Positions 9,564 to 19,660 of a stretch of 64,000 bases of DNA are shown piece after piece. The stretch covers positions 47,269 to 111,268 of the IMG/VR virus record IMGVR_UViG_3300044959_000237; one strand, given 5' to 3'. The notes beneath the pieces were generated by a model. That model did not search any database. It saw only the letters and a program-made list of their open reading frames with translations, and was not told where the DNA came from. A program made the position numbers and the translations under genes. This stretch comes from a virus. Numbering within the stretch: position 1 is the first letter of the stretch; each line of letters begins with the position of its first letter.

Positions 9564-10889
9564 TCAAGATCGAGCCGATCGATTTACGATAATTCCATTG
9601 AATTCCAATATATTTTCTGCCAAATCATCATATAAATTACAATTTTCTTTTTCAACATGCAATTTATCTACAAAATAGATGAATTTGTAAAATGGAAGAT
9701 AACTGTAATTTCTTTTTTTCATATTGAAATTCACGATATATTTTATGATACCATCGAAATCGAGATTGTTATCATTATCGAAAACAAAAGAATTGTATTT
9801 ACAAGGAAACAATTTGTCATAAATGCTATATTGATGAGTTATGAAAGATAGCAAAATGTTGCTTCTGTCTTTATTGATGAAATCTTCGAAATTGTAATCC
9901 TGAAGACGATGCATCAAATTTACCAGATTGAAAACCGAATCATTGGAATAAAAAGAAGGATAATATAGATCGTAATTCAAATTTGTAAAATTTTTACTTT
10001 TTTCAATAGAAATTTCTTTGTCTATGAAATAAAGAACCTGTTTTATGATTTTTCTCAAATCGAGAAAGTCGATATTCATGTCGTATTCATTTTCGAAAAA
10101 AAGTCGGTTTTTACTTTCACAAACAAAATCGAAAGCATGTTTGTGAAAACATCTTCCCCGAATAAATTTTATTTTCATATTGTTCACTATCGAATATAGA
10201 AACAAGGACAAAAGATAATTGAAAAAATCGAATCCAACAGAAACAATTCTACCGTCGTGTATCTCCATGAAAGTCAGTAATTTTGATACACTTTCGTCAA
10301 TTTTTTCCAATTTGAAAAATTTTTCGTATTTTTTAAAAACAAAATTTCTGTAATTGATGAATTTTTCCTTGTGTTTTTCTTTTTTCAGAATATTGTTGAT
10401 ATATTCTATGTAAACATCGTTTTTTTCATTGAAACAGATTGTAAAATCGTGATTGTCGTATTCATTTATTTTGTTGCTTTCGTACAGTTGAATATTATTG
10501 AAAAAATATTTCAACTGAAAAATATTTGTATGTATTCTGATTATATTGTTTTTTCTGTCGTAATCAACCATGAATTCTTCGTTTCTGTATTTTCGATCCA
10601 AGAAGTCGATCAATTCGTTTTTGTTCTCGAAATCATTTTTAAGCAAAAATTTTCTGATATATGAATAATTTTCATTACATATTTTCACACACAATATCTT
10701 GTCGTCATGACTTTTGTATCCCATGTTTACAAATTTGAGATTATAAGGAGTCAAAAATTTCATATATTTGAAACTTTTTACAATATTCGAATCTTTTTTC
10801 TTCAATTCCAAGAAAAGATATCCGTTTTTGTAATCGATAAAATCTATAATGGATTCTTCTTCATGATTTGATTTACGAATGAACTCCAT
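9564..10889 (-). CDS. Hypothetical protein
   Basis: 441 aa ORF with phage-like composition. Confidence 0.7.
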   Translation of the reverse strand: MEFIRKSNHEEESIIDFIDYKNGYLFLELKKKDSNIVKSFKYMKFLTPYNLKFVNMGYKSHDDKILCVKICNENYSYIRKFLLKNDFENKNELIDFLDRKYRNEEFMVDYDRKNNIIRIHTNIFQLKYFFNNIQLYESNKINEYDNHDFTICFNEKNDVYIEYINNILKKEKHKEKFINYRNFVFKKYEKFFKLEKIDESVSKLLTFMEIHDGRIVSVGFDFFNYLLSLFLYSIVNNMKIKFIRGRCFHKHAFDFVCESKNRLFFENEYDMNIDFLDLRKIIKQVLYFIDKEISIEKSKNFTNLNYDLYYPSFYSNDSVFNLVNLMHRLQDYNFEDFINKDRSNILLSFITHQYSIYDKLFPCKYNSFVFDNDNNLDFDGIIKYIVNFNMKKRNYSYLPFYKFIYFVDKLHVEKENCNLYDDLAENILEFNGIIVNRSARS

Positions 10890-10946
10890 GAATTTTCTTC
10901 CACGGAAGTTTCGGAACTTTCAGGAAATATTGTAACAAGAAATCCG

Positions 10947-11405
10947 TCAAATGTCAAAGTTCATGCTTTTGAGTTTTACCAGATTTGTTATTTGATAGGC
11001 TTTTATGTCCAAAGCTTTGATTATTGCCGTATATCTTCCTTTTATATAATTGAACGTGTTGAGTAAATCATAAAGAGCCAAAACATCATCTTCACCTTCT
11101 GCATATTTTTCTGCTTCTCTTATTGTCAAACTTCTATTGTAATTTTCCAGATAATATTTGAGTTTTTCTGTTTTCAGTTTGTTGAGTCTTCTTTCTATGA
11201 ATTCTACAATAGAACATATATCCTGAAGTTGTGAAAATCTATACTCGATGGAACCGGGAAGTTCTATGGCATTTTTTTCGAGACTGTTTGTTATCTTTAC
11301 ATCTTTTTTGGCTTTCTCGATTTCTTCTTCGTAGAATTCCAGAGCTTTCGCCAATATGTCGAAGTCCAATTCACTTTTTTCTATTAATTTTTTGAAAAAG
11401 AACAT
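10947..11405 (-). CDS. uvsY: UvsY-like recombination mediator
   Basis: Helical 152 aa, YLENYNRSLTIREAEKYAEGE and KAYQITNLVKL; lies between uvsX and uvsW. Confidence 0.8.
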   Translation of the reverse strand: MFFFKKLIEKSELDFDILAKALEFYEEEIEKAKKDVKITNSLEKNAIELPGSIEYRFSQLQDICSIVEFIERRLNKLKTEKLKYYLENYNRSLTIREAEKYAEGEDDVLALYDLLNTFNYIKGRYTAIIKALDIKAYQITNLVKLKSMNFDI

Positions 11406-11477
11406 TCGAAATTACTCCCTTGAAATATCACAAGAAAAACTGACAATTCGAAATCATGAACAATCATCGAATCGATC

Positions 11478-11507
11478 CAAGAGAGGAAAAAAATTTTTCC
11501 TCTCTTG
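11478..11507. terminator. Intrinsic terminator-like hairpin
   Basis: CAAGAGAGGAAAA-AAAT-TTTTCCTCTCTTG perfect 13-bp stem. Confidence 0.65.
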
Positions 11508-11648
11508 AATTTTTATCATGATTTTTTCATTTTGAAAAGTATGAATTCATTTTTTTTCGTAATAAATCATATTGTGCACGAAATTGCAAATTTATTTGTA
11601 AATCTGTAAAAGCATTATTGAAATTTTACAAATCTTTTCAAATTTTTT

Positions 11649-11885
11649 TCATTCTTCCGAAAACTTTTCATCGAAAATCGAATCTTCTTCCGGAAATATG
11701 TTTTCAACAGCCAAATTCATATGTTTATCAATTCCGAACAATGATTCTTTGGTCAGATGATCCAGAAGATTGTGATCGAAAAAAGTTTTCAACATCAAAT
11801 AACAAACTTCCGTTCTTTGTTTCGATGGTATCAAATCCTTGAAATTGTTCCATAGATCTTCAAGAAATTCCGGAGTTATTTCCAT
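11649..11885 (-). CDS. Small acidic hypothetical protein
   Basis: AAGGAG SD then MEITPEFLEDLW; follows uvsX. Confidence 0.65.
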   Translation of the reverse strand: MEITPEFLEDLWNNFKDLIPSKQRTEVCYLMLKTFFDHNLLDHLTKESLFGIDKHMNLAVENIFPEEDSIFDEKFSEE

Positions 11886-11931
11886 TATTTTATTTCTCCT
11901 TTCGAAGCTTTCGAATATCAATTTTATATAT

Positions 11932-12969
11932 TCATTTTGAAAATTTTTCTCGAATTATAAGATCGATAATTCCATTTTCGTTCCTGTTGTATTCTTTTTC
12001 GTAATACTTGTGTTCATTTCCTTGCAAATCGACGTACAGGTATTTGTTTCCATTTTTCGTTACAATATTTTCTTTCAACAGAATGTCGAAAAATCCGGAA
12101 TATGGATCCATTCCGGTATTGAAGGGAATTTTGATTTCAACTTCTCTGAAAGGTTTGGTAAATCTTGTTTTCATGACTTTACATTTTGTTCTTACACCAA
12201 ATACTTCGGATGTTTTATTACCGTCTTCGTCTTCTTTCAGCTTCCATTTTTTCATTGCCACCACAATAGAAGAAGCATAAATGAATCCCTGTCCGCCAGA
12301 TATTTTATCTTCTGGATCGAAAATATCCTGCGAAGCATAAGTATGATTTGTTGCCACGAGACCTATATCGAGATTACCAAATTTATTCACACAATTTCTT
12401 ACCAAAGAAGTCAAAGCTTTAGCTTTTCTTCCCATATCACCTTTCATGTCTCCTTTTTCGAATTGCTCCACCTCCGATTTTGTAAGTAACATTCCGAGAG
12501 AATCGATGACAAACAGAAGCTTTGGTTTTTGTTCTTCACTCTTGTCATGATATTTTTCAGTGTAATCATGAACGATTCCATATATTATTTTCGATACATC
12601 ATCGACAAGAGAAACATTTACCTTGAACAGTTTGGATTCATCGACAGATACACCCAATTTGATCAACCATTTTTCATCCAAAGCATTTTCCGAATCCAGA
12701 ATGATGCAGAAAGCTCCCTGTTTTTGTGCTTCTCTTACAATATTTCCTGCTGCGATGTAACTTTTTCCAGACCCGCTTTCACCAGCAAAGACCACTACTT
12801 TGCCCAAAGGAACTCCTTTCATTGGATCTCCGGAAATTATGTAATTCAATGCATAATTGCCAGTGCTTATCCAATGTTTCGGATCATTGAAACCCAAAGA
12901 TGCAGATTCTGTTTTGTTTATTATCTTTTCTATTTTCGACAAATCGAAAGGCATATTTGTTGGCGACAT
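11932..12969 (-). CDS. uvsX: UvsX/RecA-like recombinase
   Basis: ISTGNYALN, AGESGSGKS, DSENA, VIDSLG, SGGQG, KTRF; GGGAG SD before ATG 12969. Confidence 0.95.
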   Translation of the reverse strand: MSPTNMPFDLSKIEKIINKTESASLGFNDPKHWISTGNYALNYIISGDPMKGVPLGKVVVFAGESGSGKSYIAAGNIVREAQKQGAFCIILDSENALDEKWLIKLGVSVDESKLFKVNVSLVDDVSKIIYGIVHDYTEKYHDKSEEQKPKLLFVIDSLGMLLTKSEVEQFEKGDMKGDMGRKAKALTSLVRNCVNKFGNLDIGLVATNHTYASQDIFDPEDKISGGQGFIYASSIVVAMKKWKLKEDEDGNKTSEVFGVRTKCKVMKTRFTKPFREVEIKIPFNTGMDPYSGFFDILLKENIVTKNGNKYLYVDLQGNEHKYYEKEYNRNENGIIDLIIREKFSK

Positions 12970-13019
12970 TTCGGTCTCCCTTTTCTGCTGATTGAAAAAC
13001 ATGGGAAAAACATGGAAAA

Positions 13020-13049
13020 GGTTGCACTGCAATCAATTGCAGTGCAACC
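13020..13049 (-). terminator. Intrinsic terminator after gp32
   Basis: GGTTGCACTGCAAT/ATTGCAGTGCAACC inverted repeat followed by TTTT on the minus strand. Confidence 0.75.
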
Positions 13050-13054
13050 GAGTT

Positions 13055-14122
13055 TCACTGAGAGTTGATTCTTTTCTTCAATCTTGCCAAGATATCATCG
13101 GGATTTGTTTTTGTTTTGTTTTCCGAGACCACAATCTTTCTGGATGAATTTTTGTTTTCCAAAAGTTTTTCTTCAATATCATCCTCGAATTCATCGATGT
13201 CGTCGACATCGACAAAACCTGTTTCAGTCAATTCATCATTGTTTTCTTCTTCTGCAAATTTTTCTTTTTCAATTTTCTTCTGATCGGTTTTCACAGAAGT
13301 CTCGTTCTTGGCCTTTATGATTGGAATGCTATCAGTTTCATCGTCCTGCTTTCTTTTCTGCTTCAACCATCTTCCCCATTTTTGAATATCGAACAGCTCA
13401 CCATTGACACTGGCAACGAACATTTCGTAAATTTCTTTCAAATCATCAGAATCCGGTTTTGCTGGAATGAAATCTGACAAATTGAACAATCCATAGGTTT
13501 CGATGGCTTCGAGTTCTTCTTCACTCAGGTTGCGAGATTTGATCGACCAAGTACTTGTAGAATAATCGGCATACTTGCCACCTTTCTTTGTTTTTGTAAT
13601 ACGAAAATCTCTACCGTCCTTGTAATCTACTGGTATGATTTCCATTTCAGGATTCATCAAACTTGATTTTATGATGTTGAAAAGACTTGTATTCAATACA
13701 AATCTTCTGATCGGATTTTTTGGTGGATTATCTTCTTTGAATGGTGAGGAAACAACAAAACCCTGAAAAATATAAGATTTCTTTTTCCAGTATTTTTTAG
13801 CTGATTCTTCCAACTCCGGGTCCTTGAACCAGGTTCTGACTTCTTTCAATATCGGACATGGAAGACCATACATTTCCACACAAGGAACCCTGACTGTCAA
13901 CGGAGTGTTTTCATTATCTGTCGATCCGGAAAAATACAGATTTATCGTAAGTTTTTCAACCCAGAAAAATGGATTCGATTCATTGCCATCTGGAAGAAAT
14001 CTTACTATTGCGGTTTTATCATCAGGAATGTTCCAAAACTGATAAATGGCATTGTCAGCAAAATTGTTCTTTTTTTCATCATCTTTTGCAAGTTTACGAC
14101 GTATTTCTTCTAATGAAAGCAT
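13055..14122 (-). CDS. Single-stranded DNA-binding protein, gp32-like
   Basis: AIVRFLP, CVEMYGLPCPI, YWKKKSYIFQGFV, acidic C-terminal region. Confidence 0.9.
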   Translation of the reverse strand: MLSLEEIRRKLAKDDEKKNNFADNAIYQFWNIPDDKTAIVRFLPDGNESNPFFWVEKLTINLYFSGSTDNENTPLTVRVPCVEMYGLPCPILKEVRTWFKDPELEESAKKYWKKKSYIFQGFVVSSPFKEDNPPKNPIRRFVLNTSLFNIIKSSLMNPEMEIIPVDYKDGRDFRITKTKKGGKYADYSTSTWSIKSRNLSEEELEAIETYGLFNLSDFIPAKPDSDDLKEIYEMFVASVNGELFDIQKWGRWLKQKRKQDDETDSIPIIKAKNETSVKTDQKKIEKEKFAEEENNDELTETGFVDVDDIDEFEDDIEEKLLENKNSSRKIVVSENKTKTNPDDILARLKKRINSQ

Positions 14123-14203
14123 TTTTTTCTCCTTTCTTCAGCCTTGTTGAGTTTCATGTTAGCCAGCATGAGTTGTAATTCAACCTGCGTAACTAACAAA
14201 AGA

Positions 14204-14232
14204 ATTATATGTTTCACTTGTTCTGAATTCAA
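14204..14232 (-). promoter_or_regulatory. sigma70-type promoter for gp32
   Basis: TTGAAT-17-TATAAT. Confidence 0.7.
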
Positions 14233-14353
14233 TATAAAAGTCGAACGAAAAAAAATTTTTCGTGAAACTTTTCAATTTGTTCGAAAAACAAAGCAAAATT
14301 CTTCCAAGTTTTCTAAAATGAATTTTCGAAAAAAAAAACTTGCAAGATACATT

Positions 14354-15214
14354 TCAGAACAACCATTTTTTCAATTTGTTTTTTATTTCCACTTTTTCTG
14401 TTCTGGATAATTTGTCACTGTTTTCTATTTCTCGAAGAACAAAAGATTTGTTTTGTACATATTTGAATATCATATCGAGAACATCATGTGTCAAATCCAC
14501 TGAATTCAATATATAATTTTCCCATGCTTCTATCGTCATGGGAACATATGGTCTTACAAGTTCGAGAATTGAATTTGCCAAAACTCTTATTTCGAACTGA
14601 GCATGTTCATCGATTCTCAATGAAAGAAATTTCAAAAGATTGTTCAAATCGATTTTCCAATACATTTCTGTGTAATTGGACACTGGTAGAACAATTCTCG
14701 ACAATTCTCTTGCCAAATCTTCTTCCAACAGATTTCGATAAATCTCGTATGCCTTGTCGTTGAAATCTTTTATTGTATTTCGAATTCTTTTTGCCGTATT
14801 TTCGTCGAAATTTTCGCTTCTTCCCTGTTTGTTGTTTTTCGACTGTTTTCCCAAACAGGTCATGTCCGGAACATAAAATTCGTCTGTCATTACAGAATAT
14901 CGACCAGAATATTCATTGACGTTTGCAGTTCTGTGTCTTATCAATTGACGAGCCACAAAAATTGGTATTTTCAGATGAAATTTGAATTCTACCATTTCAA
15001 AAGGAGAAGTATGTCTGTTTCTCAACAAATATCTTATCAATGCTCTATCTTCGGATACTTTTCTGGTACCTTTGCCATATGATACTCTTGCTGCTTCTAC
15101 AATAGCTCGATCACCATCACCATCCGAAGGCATTCTGTCGACAAGACCAACAAATCCATGGTCGAGAATTCTTATATACGAAGAATTGTTTTCTACATCT
15201 TTTGCATTTGTCAT
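14354..15214 (-). CDS. thyX: FAD-dependent thymidylate synthase
   Basis: AARVSY, HTSPFE, RHRTANVNEYSGRY signature, HAQFEIR. Confidence 0.97.
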   Translation of the reverse strand: MTNAKDVENNSSYIRILDHGFVGLVDRMPSDGDGDRAIVEAARVSYGKGTRKVSEDRALIRYLLRNRHTSPFEMVEFKFHLKIPIFVARQLIRHRTANVNEYSGRYSVMTDEFYVPDMTCLGKQSKNNKQGRSENFDENTAKRIRNTIKDFNDKAYEIYRNLLEEDLARELSRIVLPVSNYTEMYWKIDLNNLLKFLSLRIDEHAQFEIRVLANSILELVRPYVPMTIEAWENYILNSVDLTHDVLDMIFKYVQNKSFVLREIENSDKLSRTEKVEIKNKLKKWLF

Positions 15215-15283
15215 GGAAATTCCTTCTGATTAATTTTCACACAAAAATAATAATGACAAAGAAAGTTTATTTCAATATGAATT

Positions 15284-15547
15284 TCAATGTTGAAAATTTT
15301 GAATGCCGAGAATTTTTTTCAAATATTGTTTTGCAAAATCTTTTCCTTTTATTCTTTCGATAAGTTGCCAACCTTTGTTGAAGGTTATCAATTTGTCATA
15401 AATGCAATTCAAATCACCATCACATTTCAAATAATAAGATTGTATTTCATTTTTGTTTGGAACTGTTTTCAGCAGAATGTAAATTGCATCCATATCTTCA
15501 TCATAATTCAAGGTTTGATCGAACAATTCGTATAATTTCATTTTCAC
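15284..15547 (-). CDS. Small protein with head-targeting-like N-terminus
   Basis: MKMKLYELF start, coupled to the upstream 725 aa gene. Confidence 0.55.
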   Translation of the reverse strand: MKMKLYELFDQTLNYDEDMDAIYILLKTVPNKNEIQSYYLKCDGDLNCIYDKLITFNKGWQLIERIKGKDFAKQYLKKILGIQNFQH

Positions 15548-17721
15548 AATCCTATTGCTTTTCTCAAAAAGTTCGAAAAATCGACTTCTTTCCTGTCAAG
15601 AGCAACATCATATATGAGTTCGAGTGCCTTTCTGTTTTGTTCATTCGATGGAAAACCGTTCATCAATTCCAGACATTGTTCTGCAATATAAATTCCATAA
15701 CGATTTTTCACTTCGGAAATAATATCTATCGGATTGTCGATTGTTCCTTCGAAAGTCAAATTTCCAGCATAATTGTATTCATTGTTTCGATCCACGGCAT
15801 TTATGTAATCTTCCAATTCGTTTGCCATATCTTTATAACCATACATGTTTGCAAAATTTGCAATCATTTTGAGACTTTTGATATCACATGTACTGAGAGG
15901 ATTGTTTGCAAACAATCTTTCTGCTTGTGATGCTACAGCTGCTCCCTTGTTGAATTCGAGTTGTGTCAGAAATTGTTTTTGTTCCAGAACATTCTTTGGA
16001 TAATTTTTCAATGTTACGAACTTGATAGGATCCATTTTGAGATCATCGACATATTCATCACGACTATTGGAAGAAGAACAAAAATCGCAATTGCATTTAC
16101 AAGAAGGATCATTGGGACATTTACATCCACAAGAACACTCTTTCAACAAGTTTCTGTTGTTTTTTATCAGGTTCTTCATGATAGAAGAACAGATCATATT
16201 CGCTGTTTCTTTTCTTATATCATTTTTTATGACATTCATCAATCTCAATATCTGTTTTTCACTCAAGAAAGAAGTAATTCTTCCGAGTCGCAAGGGATTG
16301 TTTTTCTCTCTTATCATTTCTGTAACAATTTGAGAGAAAAATTCTCTGTCTCCCCTGAGAATTTCTTCTGAAAGTCTTTTTTCGGCAGGAATCGATTTCA
16401 GTGGACCTACGACTTTTTCCGAAACGTAAATATGAAAAGGATAATCGATGACAAACGTAAGATATTCATGTTTCATTACAGGCAAATCACCGATTTCCTT
16501 GGGAGGAAATCCTATTTTTTCCAATATTTTTCTTGCTTCGTCTCGCAAATAATTTTTCAGAACCATGTCGTCTTTTATTTTGTCATAATGAAAATTCATG
16601 AAATGTAACTGTCCGCCAACAAATTTCTTGGAATTTTTTTCTTCTTCCGTCATTTCTTTTACAACAACATCGTATTTTTTTCCACCAACTTCGACATGAT
16701 ATTCTTCTGTCTTGGAATTTACGTCGTTTCTTACATCTGCAGAATCCTCGATTATTTTATCTATGCTGAAATTTTCCAGCCATTTTTTATATTCATTGAG
16801 CAAATCGTTTGCATTTCTTTCAGGAAACTTGATACCAATCATATTCGCTACTGATTGAACAAGTTTTTCCAGATTTGAAAGATATTTTTCATCCAAATCC
16901 GTTTTTCTTCCGCCGGACAGAGCTTCGTAGTAATCCGATAATCTCGAAGCCATATTTGCAACAATTATATCGTTCATGTTCGTCAAAGCCTCGGCAACTG
17001 TAGAATAGAAAAGAGCTTTTTGAGAATGAGGATTTTCACTGTATGGTACTGGAATTTTTCTTCCGGAAATCGATTTGTTCAGAATTCTTCTTGCCTGAAC
17101 AAGATATTCTACGGGTTTTGCATCTTCTTTTCTTTCTGGATATCCACCTGAAGCCAAATCGAGAAGTCGAAGTATTTTTGCCAATTTTCTTTCCGAATCA
17201 GAATAATTTTCCAGATCGAATTTCATGTCATCTTTTTCCGAAACAACATCTACTATCAATTTCTTTCCGTTCTTCGATTGAAAAGCATTGTTCATTCTTC
17301 TCAATACTTCGATAAGTTTATCTATTGTCGTCAATTGAAGAATTTTGTACAAATATTTTGCCAACAATTTTTTTTCTTTTTCGTATTTTTCTTTCTGTAT
17401 AAGAAAATCTTCTCTCATTTCTTTTAACTTCCTTTCTTTTTTCCATAATACTTTTATGTTGTAATTGTAATTGAACGACAATATGAGATTTTTCGTTATT
17501 TTCAACCATTTCAGAAATCTGGAATCGATTTTCGGTACATATATATTGAATTTCAAATTGATTTCATCGAAAGAGACAATCCAATTATTTGGCATTATCA
17601 ACAGTCTTCTTATTTTTTCGAGTTCTTTTGTTTCATCTCCTTTGATATCGAAAAGCTTGACTGCGCCGAAAGCTTCCGAATATTTTATCAATTCATTGAA
17701 TATTTTTTCATAAGCTTTCAT
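15544..17721 (-). CDS. Large probable virion/head protein with a Cys-rich cluster
   Basis: 725 aa, late-type AATAAATA at 17743-17750, several L/I-x-E sites, CSCGCKCPNDPSCKCNCDFC. Confidence 0.6.
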   Translation of the reverse strand: MKAYEKIFNELIKYSEAFGAVKLFDIKGDETKELEKIRRLLIMPNNWIVSFDEINLKFNIYVPKIDSRFLKWLKITKNLILSFNYNYNIKVLWKKERKLKEMREDFLIQKEKYEKEKKLLAKYLYKILQLTTIDKLIEVLRRMNNAFQSKNGKKLIVDVVSEKDDMKFDLENYSDSERKLAKILRLLDLASGGYPERKEDAKPVEYLVQARRILNKSISGRKIPVPYSENPHSQKALFYSTVAEALTNMNDIIVANMASRLSDYYEALSGGRKTDLDEKYLSNLEKLVQSVANMIGIKFPERNANDLLNEYKKWLENFSIDKIIEDSADVRNDVNSKTEEYHVEVGGKKYDVVVKEMTEEEKNSKKFVGGQLHFMNFHYDKIKDDMVLKNYLRDEARKILEKIGFPPKEIGDLPVMKHEYLTFVIDYPFHIYVSEKVVGPLKSIPAEKRLSEEILRGDREFFSQIVTEMIREKNNPLRLGRITSFLSEKQILRLMNVIKNDIRKETANMICSSIMKNLIKNNRNLLKECSCGCKCPNDPSCKCNCDFCSSSNSRDEYVDDLKMDPIKFVTLKNYPKNVLEQKQFLTQLEFNKGAAVASQAERLFANNPLSTCDIKSLKMIANFANMYGYKDMANELEDYINAVDRNNEYNYAGNLTFEGTIDNPIDIISEVKNRYGIYIAEQCLELMNGFPSNEQNRKALELIYDVALDRKEVDFSNFLRKAIGL

Positions 17722-17790
17722 GACAAAAAACCTTTTTCTTTCTATTTATTATTCAAACCAATAAATATTTCAAACAAGATCGACAAAACG

Positions 17791-18912
17791 ATGAACAACG
17801 AAGAAAATTTCGAAATTGATTGCAACAGAAAAATAAATTCGAAACTTTTGAAACGTTTGAGAAAATATACCAAAGAAAATGTTTTCGAATTGATGAAAAA
17901 GATGAAAACTACCAATCTTGCACAAATTATTTATCATGCAAAAAATCAGGACATGGAAAGAAAAAAGTTCGGATTCTGTCAGGCAGAAGGATGTAACAAC
18001 AAAACGGTTTTTCTTTCTTTGAAAAAAGGATACAGAAAATATTGCAGTCGCGAATGTTTTTTCAAACAACCTCGAAAAATATCGGAAAGAGCAAAGAAAA
18101 GAATGTTGGCGAGAAAAAAACGCAGAGAATATATGAGAGAATATTTCAGAAAAAGAACTTTCAAAAGATATGGTCTCGAATATTTGCCTGAAAATAAAAA
18201 GATTCTCAAGAAAAAAATAATAGAATACAAAGAAAAAAGAAGAAAAGAAGAAATGTTGAAAAAATATGGTGTTCTTTATCCATATCAAATCGAAGAAGTT
18301 TTCAAAAAAGCAGATGAAAAGAGAAAAAGAACATTGAGAATGAAATATGGATATAGTTATACTTTTTCAGTTCCCAGTATAAAAGAAAAAGCAAAAAAGA
18401 CATTTCAAAGAAAATACGGTGCTCCAAATTTTCTGGCATCGGAAAAGAACAAAAAACGTCTCGAAAAATTGAAAAAACAAAATAAAGAAAAAAACAACAA
18501 GATACAAAACAGCAAAGCGGCAAATGACAAAAATACGACAAATGTCGAAAATGTGAACAAAAACAAAAAAATGAAAACAAGTTTCGAAACAATGATAAAG
18601 AGAAAAAAACTTCCACCTCTTATCGAAAAACATATTTTCAACAATGAATGGACAAAATATCTGGTAGACAAGGAATCCAACGTAAAAAGAACCCGACCTT
18701 CAGTGGCTTCGAAATTACAAGATAAAGAATATGTGGATTACTTGATATATCAGGAACTTCTGACACCGGAGGAAATGTGTGAAAAACTTGGAATTGACAA
18801 GATATATTTGAGAAGATGTCTGAAAATGCACGGTTATTCTTTGAAAAAGATAAAATTCATAGTACAGAAAGAAAAAGAAAAATTGGAAGATGAATTTTCG
18901 ACTCAGATTTGA
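17791..18912 (+). CDS. Basic protein with Zn ribbon and KYG repeats (homing-endonuclease-associated type)
   Basis: CQAEGC...GYRKYCSREC; repeated KRYG/KKYG/MKYG/RKYG units; possible C-terminal HTH; no nuclease motif seen. Confidence 0.6.
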   Translation: MNNEENFEIDCNRKINSKLLKRLRKYTKENVFELMKKMKTTNLAQIIYHAKNQDMERKKFGFCQAEGCNNKTVFLSLKKGYRKYCSRECFFKQPRKISERAKKRMLARKKRREYMREYFRKRTFKRYGLEYLPENKKILKKKIIEYKEKRRKEEMLKKYGVLYPYQIEEVFKKADEKRKRTLRMKYGYSYTFSVPSIKEKAKKTFQRKYGAPNFLASEKNKKRLEKLKKQNKEKNNKIQNSKAANDKNTTNVENVNKNKKMKTSFETMIKRKKLPPLIEKHIFNNEWTKYLVDKESNVKRTRPSVASKLQDKEYVDYLIYQELLTPEEMCEKLGIDKIYLRRCLKMHGYSLKKIKFIVQKEKEKLEDEFSTQI

Positions 18913-18969
18913 AAATGAAAAATTCTACAAGTACATTCTATGACAAAATTGACATACAATTCGAATTGT

Positions 18970-19359
18970 TTACAATCTTTTGATTCTGTAAGCATTCTTG
19001 AAATTTTCCATGTTTTGCACATTCAGATGAACAAAATACTGATCGACAAGAAAAACAAAATATTTTTTTGGATAGACATTTCTCAAATGTGACAAGTTTG
19101 TCACTACTATATGATAAGGTTCCTTGATCAAGCTTATCCAAAAAGGAGATTTGTCGGACCAATAATATGGAAGTCCTCTTTCTTCCCGTGTAACTGTTAC
19201 ACGGGGACTGAAAGATTGTCTTTTTACTATGTGAGTCATTTCCAAAATGTAAACATCATTCATTTCCAAAAGAAATGAATGTGTTTCATTGGCTTCCAAT
19301 ATTATGTCTCCTTCCAAAAGTTGAGAAAAATATCTTCTTGGTTGTTCAATTGTAGACAT
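18970..19359 (-). CDS. Hypothetical protein
   Basis: 129 aa ORF, beta-rich. Confidence 0.6.
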   Translation of the reverse strand: MSTIEQPRRYFSQLLEGDIILEANETHSFLLEMNDVYILEMTHIVKRQSFSPRVTVTREERGLPYYWSDKSPFWISLIKEPYHIVVTNLSHLRNVYPKKYFVFLVDQYFVHLNVQNMENFKNAYRIKRL

Positions 19360-19378
19360 TTTTGTTCGACAAGATCAA

Positions 19379-19642
19379 TCAAAACAGAAGAAACAACACG
19401 AAAATCAGAAAAATCAAGTTTTCGAAGAAAAACAAATGTCCAGCATAGTATGGACATGCTCTGCAAAATTCCACAAAAAGATTTACAAAAGCATGAAGAA
19501 AAAGAATATCATTCCACCCTTTTCTCATTTTACCTTGATCTGTTTTGCTATAAGGATTGTCTGAAAAAGGATGAGTAATACTATACCAGATTCTCTGAAA
19601 ATGAACGTTCATATTTTTCAGACATTCGATTTTATCTGCCAT
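19379..19642 (-). CDS. Small protein with C-terminal hydrophobic segment
   Basis: AAGGAG SD; LIFLIFVLFLLF tail. Confidence 0.5.
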   Translation of the reverse strand: MADKIECLKNMNVHFQRIWYSITHPFSDNPYSKTDQGKMRKGWNDILFLHAFVNLFVEFCRACPYYAGHLFFFENLIFLIFVLFLLF

Positions 19643-19660
19643 TTCGAATCTCCTTCGATT

